NCBI GenBank assembly: GCA_038153405.1
Contig: JAYOYH010000033.1
Coordinates: 1 to 53,098 of the forward strand
Reading direction: 5' to 3'
Origin: Gemmatimonadota bacterium
Lineage (GTDB): Bacteria > Latescibacterota > UBA2968 > UBA8231
DNA length: 53,098 bases
Shown: positions 9,381 to 19,326 of the stretch, piece after piece
Position numbering within the stretch: the first letter of the stretch is position 1
Layout of the letters: every line of letters begins with the position of its first letter
Notes under the pieces: model-generated
What the model was told of the DNA's origin: nothing
The model's input: the letters and a program-made list of their open reading frames with translations, nothing else
Database searches by the model: none
Program-made: the position numbers and the translations under genes

Positions 9381-11489
9381 CTAATCCTGGGCGTACTCGG
9401 CCGGCGAGAGTCCGTTTACCATGTCCATCAGCTGTTCCTGCATGCCAAATACGGGATCGTCTTCCTTGGTTTTGCGCCGCATATAGGTGCCGTCGGGCTG
9501 CATTTGACGCCCCTTGCTGCGGTCGTTGAGCGCTAGCTCAATCAGTTCGTGATAGACGCGCCGCTTGTGGGCTTCGTCCTCGACGGGAAAGACGACTTCG
9601 ACGCGCCCGCGCAGGTTGCGGTTCATCCAATCGGCGCTGCCCAGCCATATTTCCTCCTGGCCGCCGTTGGCAAAGTAGAACGTGCGACTGTGTTCTAAAA
9701 AACGGCCGATAATGCTGTAGACTCGGATATTGTCGCTGACGCCTTCCACGCCGGCTCGCAGGCAGCAAATGCCGCGCACGATCAGGTCTATTTGCACCCC
9801 GGCCTGCGAAGCGCGATAGAGGGCCTGCATAATGGCTTGGTCCATGAGTCCGTTCATTTTGCCGATAATCGCGGCTGGCCGGCCGGCTTCGGCGTGTTCT
9901 ATTTCGCGGTCGATGCGCTCGAGTATGCCCTTCATAAGGCCGGATGGGGCGACGAGTAGCTTGTCGAATTGGGTCTTGCGATTATGCGTCGTTAGCAGGT
10001 TGAATACCTCGGCTACTTCGGCCGTTATATCTTCGCGCGCGGTGATGAGCCCCAGGTCGGTATAGAAACGCGCGGTGACGTGGTTGTAGTTGCCGGTGCC
10101 CATGTGCGCGTAGCGGCGCAAGCGATCCTGGTCGCGCCGCACCAGCATGCAGAGCTTGCAGTGCGTTTTGAGACCCATCACCCCGTAGACCACGTGCACG
10201 CCTCGGTCCTCGAGGCGCCGCGCCCATTCGATATTGGCCGCCTCGTCACCGCGCGCTTTTAGCTCGACCAAGACCGTCACTTCTTTGCCGCGTTCGGCCG
10301 CGCGAATTAGCGCCTGCGCCACGGCGGAGTCGTCGCCGGTGCGGTAGAGCGTCTGCTTGATGGCCAATACCTGCGGATCGCTGGCGGCCATGCGGATAAA
10401 GTCTATAACGGTGGAAAAGGCGTCGTAGGGATGGTGCAACAGCACGTCTTTTTTGCGGATAGACTCGAAAAACGGCGACGGTTCGGTTGGCATATCCAGC
10501 GCTACCGGCGTAAAAGAGCGATATTTCAGATCGTAGCGCTGTACCAGGTCGTAGAGGGTGATTAGGCGGTGTAGGTTGACCGGGCCGTCCGTTCGATAGG
10601 TGAGATTGTTGTCGATATCAAACTGGTTTTGCAGGCGGTGCACCAGTTCTTCGGATGCGCTGGTGGAGATTTCCAGGCGCACTGCATCGGCTTGGCGCTG
10701 GTTTTTAACCTGCTCGGCAATTTCCTCCAGCAGGTTATCGGCCTCTTCTTCATTCAGGTAGAGTTCGCTGTTGCGGGTTACGCGAAACGGCGCCGAGGCG
10801 GCGACGTCGTAGCCGCGGAATAGCTCGCTAATTTGCAGATCCATTACGCCGGCTAAGGTGACAAAGTGCTGGCGTCCGTCGCGGTCGGGCAGGCGCAAGA
10901 TGCGCGGCAGCACGCGCGGGACCGTAACGACCCCCATGAGCGTTTGGCCGCCGACCTGGAGCAGGGCGCCAATACTCAGCGCCTTGTTGATGACGCTGGG
11001 AAAGGGGTGTGCCGGATCGACGACGATGGGCGTCAGAATGGGCTCCAATTCCTCGCGCCAATAGCGCTGCACAAAGGCGAGGTGATCGCCCTGCAGATGG
11101 CGCGCTTCCCAGAAGCGGATGCCCTCGTCGGCCAGAGCCGGTAGCAGCGCTTCGTTCCAGCAGCGGTACTGCTCGGCGACCATGCGCTGGGCTTTGCTGC
11201 TGATTTCGACCAACTGTTGCTCGGGGGTCAGGCGGTCCGGGCGGGTGGGATCGGCGCCGGATTCGTGCAGCTGCAGCAGGCCGGCTACTCGCACTTCGAA
11301 GAATTCGTCCAGATTGCTGGCGACGATGGCGAGAAATTTCACCCGCTCCAGGAGGGGGTTGCGCGGGTCCTGTGCCTCTTCCAATACGCGGAAGTTAAAG
11401 TCGAGCCAAGAGAGCTCGCGATTGATGTATAACTCGGGGTTGTTGAGATCAATTTCCGGGGAAATCGCGCGTTTTATCTCGGCGGTCAT
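9381..11489 (-). CDS. ppk1: Polyphosphate kinase 1
   Basis: 'YINRELSWLDFN.RVL', 'NLDEFFEVRVAGL', 'LKTHCK', 'GTGNYN', 'GRFLEHSR'. Confidence 0.97.
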   Translation of the reverse strand: MTAEIKRAISPEIDLNNPELYINRELSWLDFNFRVLEEAQDPRNPLLERVKFLAIVASNLDEFFEVRVAGLLQLHESGADPTRPDRLTPEQQLVEISSKAQRMVAEQYRCWNEALLPALADEGIRFWEARHLQGDHLAFVQRYWREELEPILTPIVVDPAHPFPSVINKALSIGALLQVGGQTLMGVVTVPRVLPRILRLPDRDGRQHFVTLAGVMDLQISELFRGYDVAASAPFRVTRNSELYLNEEEADNLLEEIAEQVKNQRQADAVRLEISTSASEELVHRLQNQFDIDNNLTYRTDGPVNLHRLITLYDLVQRYDLKYRSFTPVALDMPTEPSPFFESIRKKDVLLHHPYDAFSTVIDFIRMAASDPQVLAIKQTLYRTGDDSAVAQALIRAAERGKEVTVLVELKARGDEAANIEWARRLEDRGVHVVYGVMGLKTHCKLCMLVRRDQDRLRRYAHMGTGNYNHVTARFYTDLGLITAREDITAEVAEVFNLLTTHNRKTQFDKLLVAPSGLMKGILERIDREIEHAEAGRPAAIIGKMNGLMDQAIMQALYRASQAGVQIDLIVRGICCLRAGVEGVSDNIRVYSIIGRFLEHSRTFYFANGGQEEIWLGSADWMNRNLRGRVEVVFPVEDEAHKRRVYHELIELALNDRSKGRQMQPDGTYMRRKTKEDDPVFGMQEQLMDMVNGLSPAEYAQD

Positions 11490-11533
11490 GGGAACGTCTC
11501 AGGCGGTGGAGTGAGCAGTCAATTTATTCATAA

Positions 11534-11562
11534 ATTGTATCATAAACATATAGATATGTCAA
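11534..11562 (-). promoter_or_regulatory. Near-consensus sigma70 promoter for ppk1
   Basis: Minus strand TTGACA-17 nt-TACAAT with an extended -10 TG, in an AT-rich intergenic region. Confidence 0.8.
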
Positions 11563-11615
11563 TATTGGAATACGGTAATCCACCTGTTTAACCGCTTTAA
11601 CACCGTGCGTTATGG

Positions 11616-12473
11616 CTACGGCGGGGCATTCTGCGTTTCCCAGACATTGAGGGCGAAGTCGCGATCGCGCGCGGCGTTGTCCAACAGGCGATTGAGATCG
11701 GCCTGCGGGTTATCGGGCGTGGCCATATCGGCGGTGAACTCTAGGCTGAGTGGTCCGTCAAAGCCGCTGTCGCGGATGTGCGGTAACAGGCGGCGATAGT
11801 CGAGCCAGTCACCGTTCTCCAGCAGAGTGCAGGTGCCGTCGGCACTGGAGCGATTTTGTAGGTGGACGTGCTGGACGTGCGGTGCCAGTGCGTCGTACAT
11901 GGCGATGGCCGCGTCGGTATCCTGATCCGTATAGGGCTGAAAGCAGATGCCTACGTTATCGAGGTCGCTCAGCTCGTCGAGAAGCTGCAGGGTACTCTCG
12001 CGGGTGTCGCAGAGCGTATTGCCGTGCGTTTCCAGCGTCAGCTGTATGGAGCGTGCGGCTAGCTGCTGCGCTAGTTCGCGCAGATTGTGCACGGAGCGCG
12101 TGCGCGCAGCGGCATCGAGCAGATGGCTGGCAACGCGCCCGGGGAAGATCTTAAATATGTCTACGCCGAGATGCGCCGCATAAGCCACAGTGCGCCCCAG
12201 CTGTGTGGCGGCCTCGTTGCCTTCGGGGCCCTCCAAGTGCAAGAAGGGATAGGCGCCCAGGGCGGCGGCGCGCAGGGCGCATACATCGAGGTGAGCCGAC
12301 AGCTGGCCGAGGCCGCGTGCGTCGAGGGCCGAGGTGTGATATTGCCAAATTTCCAGCTCGCTAAAACCGGCTCGCTGCAGGGCGGGTAGGCGTTCGATCA
12401 GCGGCCGCTGCGGCGTCTTGTCAGCGGTGTGGCGGTTGGGTTCAATGAGAATGGTATTGAGCAAGATCTGCAT
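11616..12473 (-). CDS. Sugar phosphate isomerase/epimerase (xylose-isomerase-like TIM barrel)
   Basis: 'LTLETHGNT', 'HVHLQN', 'GFDGPLSLEF'; ATG at 12473 follows the stop of the upstream remnant. Confidence 0.82.
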   Translation of the reverse strand: MQILLNTILIEPNRHTADKTPQRPLIERLPALQRAGFSELEIWQYHTSALDARGLGQLSAHLDVCALRAAALGAYPFLHLEGPEGNEAATQLGRTVAYAAHLGVDIFKIFPGRVASHLLDAAARTRSVHNLRELAQQLAARSIQLTLETHGNTLCDTRESTLQLLDELSDLDNVGICFQPYTDQDTDAAIAMYDALAPHVQHVHLQNRSSADGTCTLLENGDWLDYRRLLPHIRDSGFDGPLSLEFTADMATPDNPQADLNRLLDNAARDRDFALNVWETQNAPP

Positions 12474-12474
12474 A

Positions 12475-12800
12475 TTAGAATTCGACTCCGAGTTTGATGT
12501 TTTGCTCGGGCGCAGGGGCGATTTGGGGATAGGCGCTGAGGAGATCGTCAAAGGAAACGATAGGGTCGACGATGGGTTCGCAGCGCAGCGCACCGCTTTC
12601 GAGCAGGCGCCAGCAGGCCTCGAAGAGGCGTCCCTCGTCCCCGTTGGGATAGTCGGGGTTGGGGTTGGGTTCGCTGCAGGAGCGCGAAAAGATAATTTTG
12701 GGGCGATTCATATGCGCACCTGCCCCCTTGCCAATGTGGGCGACCAAAACGCGCGGAAGGCGACTTCTTCGCGCGCCGGGGCGATCCGCTCTCTCGGCAT
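12475..12800 (-). pseudogene. Internally deleted zinc-binding (MDR) dehydrogenase remnant
   Basis: GAGG RBS and ATG 12800 give MPRERIAPAREEVAFRAFWSPTLARGQVRI*, an MDR-like N-terminus. It is joined out of frame to a C-terminus AHMNRPKIIFSRSCSEPN...IKLGVEF*. The catalytic and Rossmann middle is missing. Confidence 0.6.
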
Positions 12801-12904
12801 AGTCGCTAACCTCATGCTCTGGAAGGTGGGGTGCTGCTTGCCTATATTGTGTGCGCTGCGAAAATATAAAAAAGCCATGTCACCAGCAATGGAGCGGAGG
12901 AACT

Positions 12905-13867
12905 ATGTCGGAACGCGTTAGCATTGTCGTGCCCGGTGACGATCCGGTGCAAATCGCCGGCTCGCCCCATCTAGAGCGCCTGCGCGAGTACGGCGACGTC
13001 GTCGTATACGATGCGAGCCCTGCAGACAGCGCCGAAAAGATAGCGCGCGTGCAGGATGCGCAGATCATTATTAATTCGCGCGGTGTCGTCACCTGGCGCG
13101 ATGAGCTGCGCTCTTTGCCGAACTTGAAGATGATAACGACCTGTTCGATTGGCACCGATATGATCGATCTGGTCCTCGCTAGGGAATTGGGTATCGTCGT
13201 GTCAAACCAGCCGGGTCGCACGGCTCCGGTCGTCGCAGAGCACATGTTTGGTCTGATGTTCGCCCTGGCTAAGCGGGCGCACTTTCAGACGGCCGAGCTC
13301 AAGGCTGGGCGCTGGACTCGACGCATGAATACCATGCTGCAGAAAAAAGTGCTCGGCATCGTGGGCACCGGCGCGATTGGCGCCGAAATGGCCCGCTTGG
13401 GACGGGCTATCGGCATGGAGGTTATCGCCTGGACCTTCAACCCCTCGCCCGAGCGGGAGCGCGCGCTCGGCGTGCGCTTTGTCGAGTTGGACGAGCTGCT
13501 GTCGGCATCCGATGTCGTGAGCCTGCACGTCAAGCTGACGCCCGACTCGCACCATTTGATCGGCGCGCGCGAACTGGCGCTTATGAAAGAGGGCGCTCTG
13601 CTGCTCAACGGCGCGCGCGGCGATGTCCTCGACATCGACGCCCTGTGCGCCAGCTTGCACGCCGGACGCGTGGGCGGCGCCGGGCTCGACGTATTTCCGC
13701 AGGAGCCGCTGCCGGCCGCCCACCCGATTTTGCAGTGCGAGCAGGTTGTGCTGACGCCGCATGCGGCCGACCAAACGCCGGAAGGTGTCGAGCTGCTCAA
13801 CGAAGGTGCGGTGGACAACGTCATCGCCTTTCTCGAGGGGCGACCGCAGAACAACGTAGCTATATAG
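12905..13867 (+). CDS. D-isomer-specific 2-hydroxyacid dehydrogenase (SerA/HprA-like)
   Basis: 'LGIVGTGAIG', 'LNGARG', 'GLDVFPQEP', 'LTPHAA'; GGAGG RBS before ATG 12905. Confidence 0.92.
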   Translation: MSERVSIVVPGDDPVQIAGSPHLERLREYGDVVVYDASPADSAEKIARVQDAQIIINSRGVVTWRDELRSLPNLKMITTCSIGTDMIDLVLARELGIVVSNQPGRTAPVVAEHMFGLMFALAKRAHFQTAELKAGRWTRRMNTMLQKKVLGIVGTGAIGAEMARLGRAIGMEVIAWTFNPSPERERALGVRFVELDELLSASDVVSLHVKLTPDSHHLIGARELALMKEGALLLNGARGDVLDIDALCASLHAGRVGGAGLDVFPQEPLPAAHPILQCEQVVLTPHAADQTPEGVELLNEGAVDNVIAFLEGRPQNNVAI

Positions 13868-13877
13868 GAGAAATGCC

Positions 13878-14720
13878 ATGTTTCGCTCGCTAGCGCCCGG
13901 CGCCCTCGGCGCCAAAGTAGACCATTTGGCCGACGGATTAGATCTGGCCCGGCGCCACGGCTTTGAGGGCTATCACTTTTCGATTGCCGAGGCGGCTGAA
14001 CTCGGCGCAGCGCAGACCACGGATCTGGCCGAAAAAGCCGGCGTGCGCCTGTCGGCTTGGGGATTCCCGACCAACTTTCGCCAGGATCAAACAACCTATG
14101 AAGCCGATTTGGCGCGCCTGCCGGCCCTGGCCGAGGTTGCGGCCGAATTGGGCGTGTTGCGCACGGCCACCTGGATTGCGCCGGCCTCCGACGAGCTAAC
14201 CTACGAGGAAAATTTCCGTTTTCACGTAGCGCGCCTTGAACCAGCGGCTACCGTCCTAGCGGCGCACGGCATTCGTCTCGGGTTGGAATACGTCGGTCCC
14301 AAAACGGCGTGGTCGAGCAAGAAATACCCCTTTGCCCACACCATGCAGCACATGGGCGAACTATGTGCTGCGGTGGGGGGCAACGTCGGCTTTTTGCTCG
14401 ATAGTTGGCACTGGTATACCTCGGAGGAGAGCGCAGACGATTTGCGCGCGCTGTCTGCCGAACAGGTCGTCGACGTGCACGTCAACGACGCACCGGCTGG
14501 CGTGCACGTCCACGAACAGATGGACAACCGGCGCGCGCTGCCCGGCGAGACGGGCGTCATTGATATCGTCGCCTTTCTTTCGACCATACAGCAGATCGGC
14601 TACGATGGCCCGGTGATGGTCGAGCCGTTCAGCGAGCGCGTGCGCCAGATGGGGCGCGAAGACGCGGTGGCCGCTACCGCTACCGCGCTGGGCGACGTGT
14701 GGGTGCAAGCCGGTATATAG
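13878..14720 (+). CDS. Sugar phosphate isomerase/epimerase family protein
   Basis: 'LGLEYVGP', 'LLDSWHW', 'VHVND', 'LPGETGVID', 'GYDGPVMVEPF'. Confidence 0.88.
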   Translation: MFRSLAPGALGAKVDHLADGLDLARRHGFEGYHFSIAEAAELGAAQTTDLAEKAGVRLSAWGFPTNFRQDQTTYEADLARLPALAEVAAELGVLRTATWIAPASDELTYEENFRFHVARLEPAATVLAAHGIRLGLEYVGPKTAWSSKKYPFAHTMQHMGELCAAVGGNVGFLLDSWHWYTSEESADDLRALSAEQVVDVHVNDAPAGVHVHEQMDNRRALPGETGVIDIVAFLSTIQQIGYDGPVMVEPFSERVRQMGREDAVAATATALGDVWVQAGI

Positions 14721-14727
14721 CGCGCCG

Positions 14728-15873
14728 ATGAGTGCGCGCGTCGCCCACATCTTTCCCACCGATCGCGTCGCCTATTTAATGCGCGCGCGCCTGATGCGCC
14801 TGTGCGAGCACGGTTTTAAGGTCGCTGTTGTCTGCGGCGATCGCGGCTACGTGCAACCACTGCGGGCTTGCGGTCTCGAGGTGATCCCCATTCCCTTTGC
14901 GCGCGAAGTGGCGCCGTGGACGGATGTGCGCTGTGTGCTGGCGCTGCGCCGCGCGCTGCGCGAAGGGAATTTCGACATTGCCCATTCGCACAATCCCAAG
15001 GGGACGCTGCTCGGACCGGTGACGGCGCAGTGGGCGCGCACGCCGCTTGTCGTGCACACGGTGCACGGTTTTCTCTTCAACGAAAACAGTCGCGGCGTGC
15101 ATCGGGTGGCCGCGGTGGCTGCCGAGCGCTGGTGTGCTCGCTGGTCTGACCACCTGCTATTTCAAAGCGAGGCCGACTACGCACATGCAGTTGAGGCGCG
15201 CTTTAAAGAAGCGCCGCGCCTGCACTGGATCGGCAACGGCGTCGACGAACGGCGCTTTGATCGAGAACTCTATCCGAATGCGCGCACGGAAAAACGCCGC
15301 GAACTCGGCTTGGCCGAAGGCGATCTGGTCGTGGGTATGGTGACGCGACTGGTGCGAGAAAAAGGATGCGTGGAGTTTTTTGAAATGGCCGCGCGCGTGG
15401 CGCAACAAAATGCGCGCGCGCGCTTCCTATTGGTGGGCATTCCCGAGCGGCGCGAGCAGTCCGATGCCGTGGATGCGCAGCACTTGGCTCGGCAATACGG
15501 CGTGGCAGATCGCTGCGTCTTGCTCGAAGATCGCCAAGACATGCCCGAACTCTATATGAGCATGGACCTATGCGTGCTGCCATCGCACCGGGAGGGGTTG
15601 CCGCGCTGCCTGATCGAAGCGGCGGCCATGGGGACGCCGGTAGTGGCGAGCGATATTCGCGGCTGTCGCGAGGTGATTGTCGACGGCCGTACGGGTGCGC
15701 TCTTCCCGCTGAAAGATGTCGAGGGCTTCAGCGCTATCGTGACGGCGCTGCTGGCCGACGGCCCTCGGCGCGCCGAACTGGCGCAGGCCGGCTTTCAGCG
15801 CGTGCGAGAACGCTACCTAGAAGAGCAGGTCACGGCGCGCATCGTCGCGCTCTACCGACGCTATGCGCCGTGA
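14728..15873 (+). CDS. Glycosyltransferase family 4 (GT-B)
   Basis: 'HSHNPK', 'IGNGVD', 'LPSHREGLPRCLIEAAAMGTPVVASDIRGCRE'. Confidence 0.92.
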   Translation: MSARVAHIFPTDRVAYLMRARLMRLCEHGFKVAVVCGDRGYVQPLRACGLEVIPIPFAREVAPWTDVRCVLALRRALREGNFDIAHSHNPKGTLLGPVTAQWARTPLVVHTVHGFLFNENSRGVHRVAAVAAERWCARWSDHLLFQSEADYAHAVEARFKEAPRLHWIGNGVDERRFDRELYPNARTEKRRELGLAEGDLVVGMVTRLVREKGCVEFFEMAARVAQQNARARFLLVGIPERREQSDAVDAQHLARQYGVADRCVLLEDRQDMPELYMSMDLCVLPSHREGLPRCLIEAAAMGTPVVASDIRGCREVIVDGRTGALFPLKDVEGFSAIVTALLADGPRRAELAQAGFQRVRERYLEEQVTARIVALYRRYAP

Positions 15874-15904
15874 CCTGTTTTGTAGATAGCGCAGCGCGCG
15901 CTGG

Positions 15905-17020
15905 CTAATTGCGCTTGGCCTTGCGGCTGCGGTTGGTGGCCAGGCCATTCTTTACCTCGCGCTCGAAGCGGGTAATTTCCCCAGCGCCGTCCAGCACGCC
16001 GATTTCCATGTTAAACTCGCGTATTTCGCCGCCCTCGATATGCTGCAGATAGCCGTGTTTGCGGTTCCAGGCGCGCCCCAGCATGGAGGCGTTGCCCGGC
16101 TCAATACCCGTTACATAAGTGCCTCTATGAAAGTGCTGCCACTGGTTGATTAGGGGTATTTCGCTGCGCTTGAATTTCCAGTAGAGCCCCAATTCGATGC
16201 GGTCGTTGATCAGCGCGACGTGCACGGTGCCGCTGCGGTCGGCCAGCGGGCGGTGTACAAAGACGTCGTCGTGTTCCTTGGCCTGCGGTCCCTTGGCAAC
16301 GGCGTACTCTTCTGGTCCTACCGGGCGATCCTCCAGCCATTCGGTGCTCAGGCGGCTGTGCAGCACGAGGCGTGCGCCGGCGTCGAGCAGGGGAAAACCG
16401 GGGTTGCAATGATAGACAAACATAAGCGGCGATGGATCGACGCTCAGGTTTTCAATGCGGTCGCGGATGCGAATGCACTTTTCTCCTAGCGTCGTCGAGA
16501 TCTCGCGCGTTAGCTCCAAGTTGGTGCCAAAGACCACGGCTTCGCGCATTTTGCCGCCGATGTGCAGGCTGTAGTCGTCGCCGTGCCAATCTCCGCTGAT
16601 CGACACATCGCGCGCAGGGATATAGGACAGACGGCCGTGCAGAGGCATCTGTTCATTTTCCAACTCGGGGTCGGTTTCGGGATGGCCGGTAAAGGTCATG
16701 CCGCACGAAGTGACGAGGCCGCCAAACCAGCCGCGCAGCCAGGCAAAGCCGCGCGGGTCGTAGAAGGCTGGGCCGACGTCGCCCGGACTGGCGCGAAAGC
16801 ACAGCGACTGGCCCTTGTAGGTAGCCGAGGCGATGTCGAGCGCGCGCCCGGGCAGGATGCTGAAGTTGAGTCCCGAGGCGTTGCCGACTTCGATCAGATC
16901 GGCTCCCTGGGCAAATCCCTCATCGGTGCGACCACGCCGCGCGTAGATGAGCTGGCTGATGTCGCCTACTCGGTCGAGCAGTTGGCGTTTGTCATAGGTG
17001 CGGCCAAATAGCTTGGGCAT
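15905..17020 (-). CDS. Aldose 1-epimerase-like protein (DUF4432 family)
   Basis: 'PGRALDI', 'GGLVTSCG', 'PLHGR', 'YHCNPGFPLLD', 'YVTGIEPGN'. Confidence 0.85.
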   Translation of the reverse strand: MPKLFGRTYDKRQLLDRVGDISQLIYARRGRTDEGFAQGADLIEVGNASGLNFSILPGRALDIASATYKGQSLCFRASPGDVGPAFYDPRGFAWLRGWFGGLVTSCGMTFTGHPETDPELENEQMPLHGRLSYIPARDVSISGDWHGDDYSLHIGGKMREAVVFGTNLELTREISTTLGEKCIRIRDRIENLSVDPSPLMFVYHCNPGFPLLDAGARLVLHSRLSTEWLEDRPVGPEEYAVAKGPQAKEHDDVFVHRPLADRSGTVHVALINDRIELGLYWKFKRSEIPLINQWQHFHRGTYVTGIEPGNASMLGRAWNRKHGYLQHIEGGEIREFNMEIGVLDGAGEITRFEREVKNGLATNRSRKAKRN

Positions 17021-17189
17021 CTCATTTCTCCTCGCGTGTGCGCGTTAGATTAGGAATTGGTCGGTGCGCGGTCAAGCTGTGATAGCAGAGCGTAAAAAAT
17101 GCGCTACCTGCGCCCGAGCGAGCGCGCGCTGATACTGCAACCGCGCAACCTTACGTTGGCAGGCGCAGGTTCGTCGAAGTGAACAGCTG

Positions 17190-19142
17190 TTAAGCGCGTA
17201 GCTGCGCATCGGCCAGTGCTTGGCGCAGTGGCCGCCCCCGCAGCGGCTGCATATCGGGTCCCCACGGCTCGATCAGCGTTAGCCTGTTGCCGAGGGCTCG
17301 ATAGAGGTCGGGCAAGTCAAAGTAGCGCAGCGCGTCGCGCAGAACGTTGGCCGCCGGCCAGGCAACCAGCGGCGCGTGGCACCAGGCTGCATAGGATAGC
17401 GGTGCGTTGTAGAGCGTCACGGCGCCGCTGCTCTTGTGCAGCAGGCCGGCGCAGAGAGCGATCAGCGCGCCCTGCCCGCGTCCGTGCAGATCGATGGTGC
17501 GCGCGCCCTCGGCCGCCAGCAGGTCGAGCGTTGCCAATGCGTCGTGCACGCGCCGGCCCAAATAGCTTTCTCCAAGCAGTAGGGCATGCCCGTGGAACAT
17601 ATAGTCCATGCCATAGGGGTGAAAAAAATCGCCGTCATCAGGCAGCGACTCGCCCAGACCGCGCGGGTCCAGGCCGTATATGGGGGCCACGCCGGGGAGG
17701 ACGCTTGCCAGTTCGACAGCCGCGCGCATGTGCGGCAGATAGAGCTGCACATGCCGCTCTATGTCGAGCGTGTGGCCGCGCGCAGCGTCGGCTAGGCGCT
17801 TGTGGAGAATGGCGCGTACATTGGCCTCGCTCTCGACGGCGTAGCGCGCGCAGGTAGCCCCTTCTATGCGCTGAGGTCTCAGCGCGCGGTAGTGCGGTGT
17901 CCTGCTGCGCTGCGGCAGGTGCAGCAGCGCGCGCAGCCGCTTGGCCATTTGTTCTTTAGTATGCGACGAGCGCCTCTGTGCCAACTCGTCTGCGCGCCGC
18001 CCTATCCACGCGTAGATGGGCTCGGCGCCGGCGGCCACCGTATTGCCATCGGGCGTAGTGTTGAGCACCGACGCGTCTAAGGCAACTGTCTGCCTGAGGC
18101 GCGGGGGGCGATCGAGCTGGGCGTGTTGGGCAAAGAAGGTGACCATCGCCTCCTGGTTGTGGCGCGAGAAGCCATGGCCTTGGGGGCCGATAAAGAGGTC
18201 GCGGTGTGAGCGGGGCGCGCCCAGCAGGTCGTAGAAGCGAGCGACATCGGAAAAGGCCTGGCGCAGTCCGCGGCGATCAAAGAAGTCGTAGTGCTGCCCC
18301 AGCAGTAGGGTTGGGGCCGGTGCGCGGGCGATGAGAAAGTCGGCCATGTCGAGCCCAGCGCCGATGACGCCGGGAGGGTATTGCTCCGAATCGGCCGGCA
18401 GCTCGTTTTCCAGATTGTGCAGAAACGTCGTGACAAAGCAGCTGGGAGCGACCATGGTGATGCGCTCGTCGAGAGCCCATAGCCAGGTGGAAACCGTGCC
18501 GCCACCGGAATTGCCGGTCAGTCCGACGCGCGTCGAATCGACCTCGGGTCGAGCCAGTAGATAGTCGAGTGCGCGCACGCCGTCCCAAACGCGCCAGGCG
18601 CCAAAAAACTCGCCGACTAGTTCCAACTGCTTGCCCATCATATTGTGCGCGTGCGTGCAAGAGGCAACGGCGCTGCGGTCGGGCAGATGCCAGTATTGGT
18701 CTCGTTCGCCCTGATTTACTGGGTCGTAGATCAGCACGGCAAAGCCGGCGCGGGCTAGGCGCTGGCAGAACGCTTGGTAGATTCCAGCCTGGATGCCGGC
18801 CGCGTCGTGACCGCAGGTGCCCAGCACCGCCGGGAAAGGTCCGTCCTTTTTCGGCAGGTACAGATGGGCGCTGACCAGGCTGCCCGGTCGGCTTTCAAAG
18901 AGGATTTTTTCTATTCGATAGTGGCGCTGATCTACGCAGCCAACAATGCGCGCATTGAGCGGCGTCTTGCGAGGGCGCGGGGCAAAGGCGCGGGCGATGG
19001 CACGTCGTGCGGCATCGCGGTAGCGCAGTGCTTGCGCGCGCGTGCGCAGGGAGCGCAAGGTGTGCTGGCGTTCTGCGGCCGCGGCGCGCAGTCGCTCGAT
19101 GTAGTAGTCGTGGACGATGTGTTGGTAGCCATTGCGCGACAT
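17190..19142 (-). CDS. Tandem alpha/beta-hydrolase (acetylxylan esterase-like)
   Basis: 'RIEKILFESRPG', 'CGH', nucleophile elbow 'TGNSGGG', 'DSEQ'; degenerate second hydrolase domain. Confidence 0.8.
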   Translation of the reverse strand: MSRNGYQHIVHDYYIERLRAAAAERQHTLRSLRTRAQALRYRDAARRAIARAFAPRPRKTPLNARIVGCVDQRHYRIEKILFESRPGSLVSAHLYLPKKDGPFPAVLGTCGHDAAGIQAGIYQAFCQRLARAGFAVLIYDPVNQGERDQYWHLPDRSAVASCTHAHNMMGKQLELVGEFFGAWRVWDGVRALDYLLARPEVDSTRVGLTGNSGGGTVSTWLWALDERITMVAPSCFVTTFLHNLENELPADSEQYPPGVIGAGLDMADFLIARAPAPTLLLGQHYDFFDRRGLRQAFSDVARFYDLLGAPRSHRDLFIGPQGHGFSRHNQEAMVTFFAQHAQLDRPPRLRQTVALDASVLNTTPDGNTVAAGAEPIYAWIGRRADELAQRRSSHTKEQMAKRLRALLHLPQRSRTPHYRALRPQRIEGATCARYAVESEANVRAILHKRLADAARGHTLDIERHVQLYLPHMRAAVELASVLPGVAPIYGLDPRGLGESLPDDGDFFHPYGMDYMFHGHALLLGESYLGRRVHDALATLDLLAAEGARTIDLHGRGQGALIALCAGLLHKSSGAVTLYNAPLSYAAWCHAPLVAWPAANVLRDALRYFDLPDLYRALGNRLTLIEPWGPDMQPLRGRPLRQALADAQLRA

Positions 19143-19326
19143 CGGGCAATCCTATCGTATGGGGTGGTCATGCGCTCATCGGGCAAAGTATAGACAGAGT
19201 GAGCGCAGGGCTCAAACGATGTGTGTCGGTGGTGTTGCACGCATTGTCGGGCATTGTATCTTAGTGAGCGGCATGGCTATGCGACCCCGTTTCTTTTTTA
19301 TCGACTAAGGAGATTGCAAAGACACA

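Noticed and set aside
11518..11562. TCATAAA repeats upstream of ppk1 as a Pho box
   Set aside because: Spacing is 12 rather than 11 bp and the match to CTGTCAT is poor; the sigma70 promoter explains the region.
17106..17170. ACCTGCGCC...GGCGCAGGT inverted repeat in an intergenic region, as a possible ncRNA or MITE
   Set aside because: Only a 9-bp stem, single copy, no T-tract and no recognisable RNA family.
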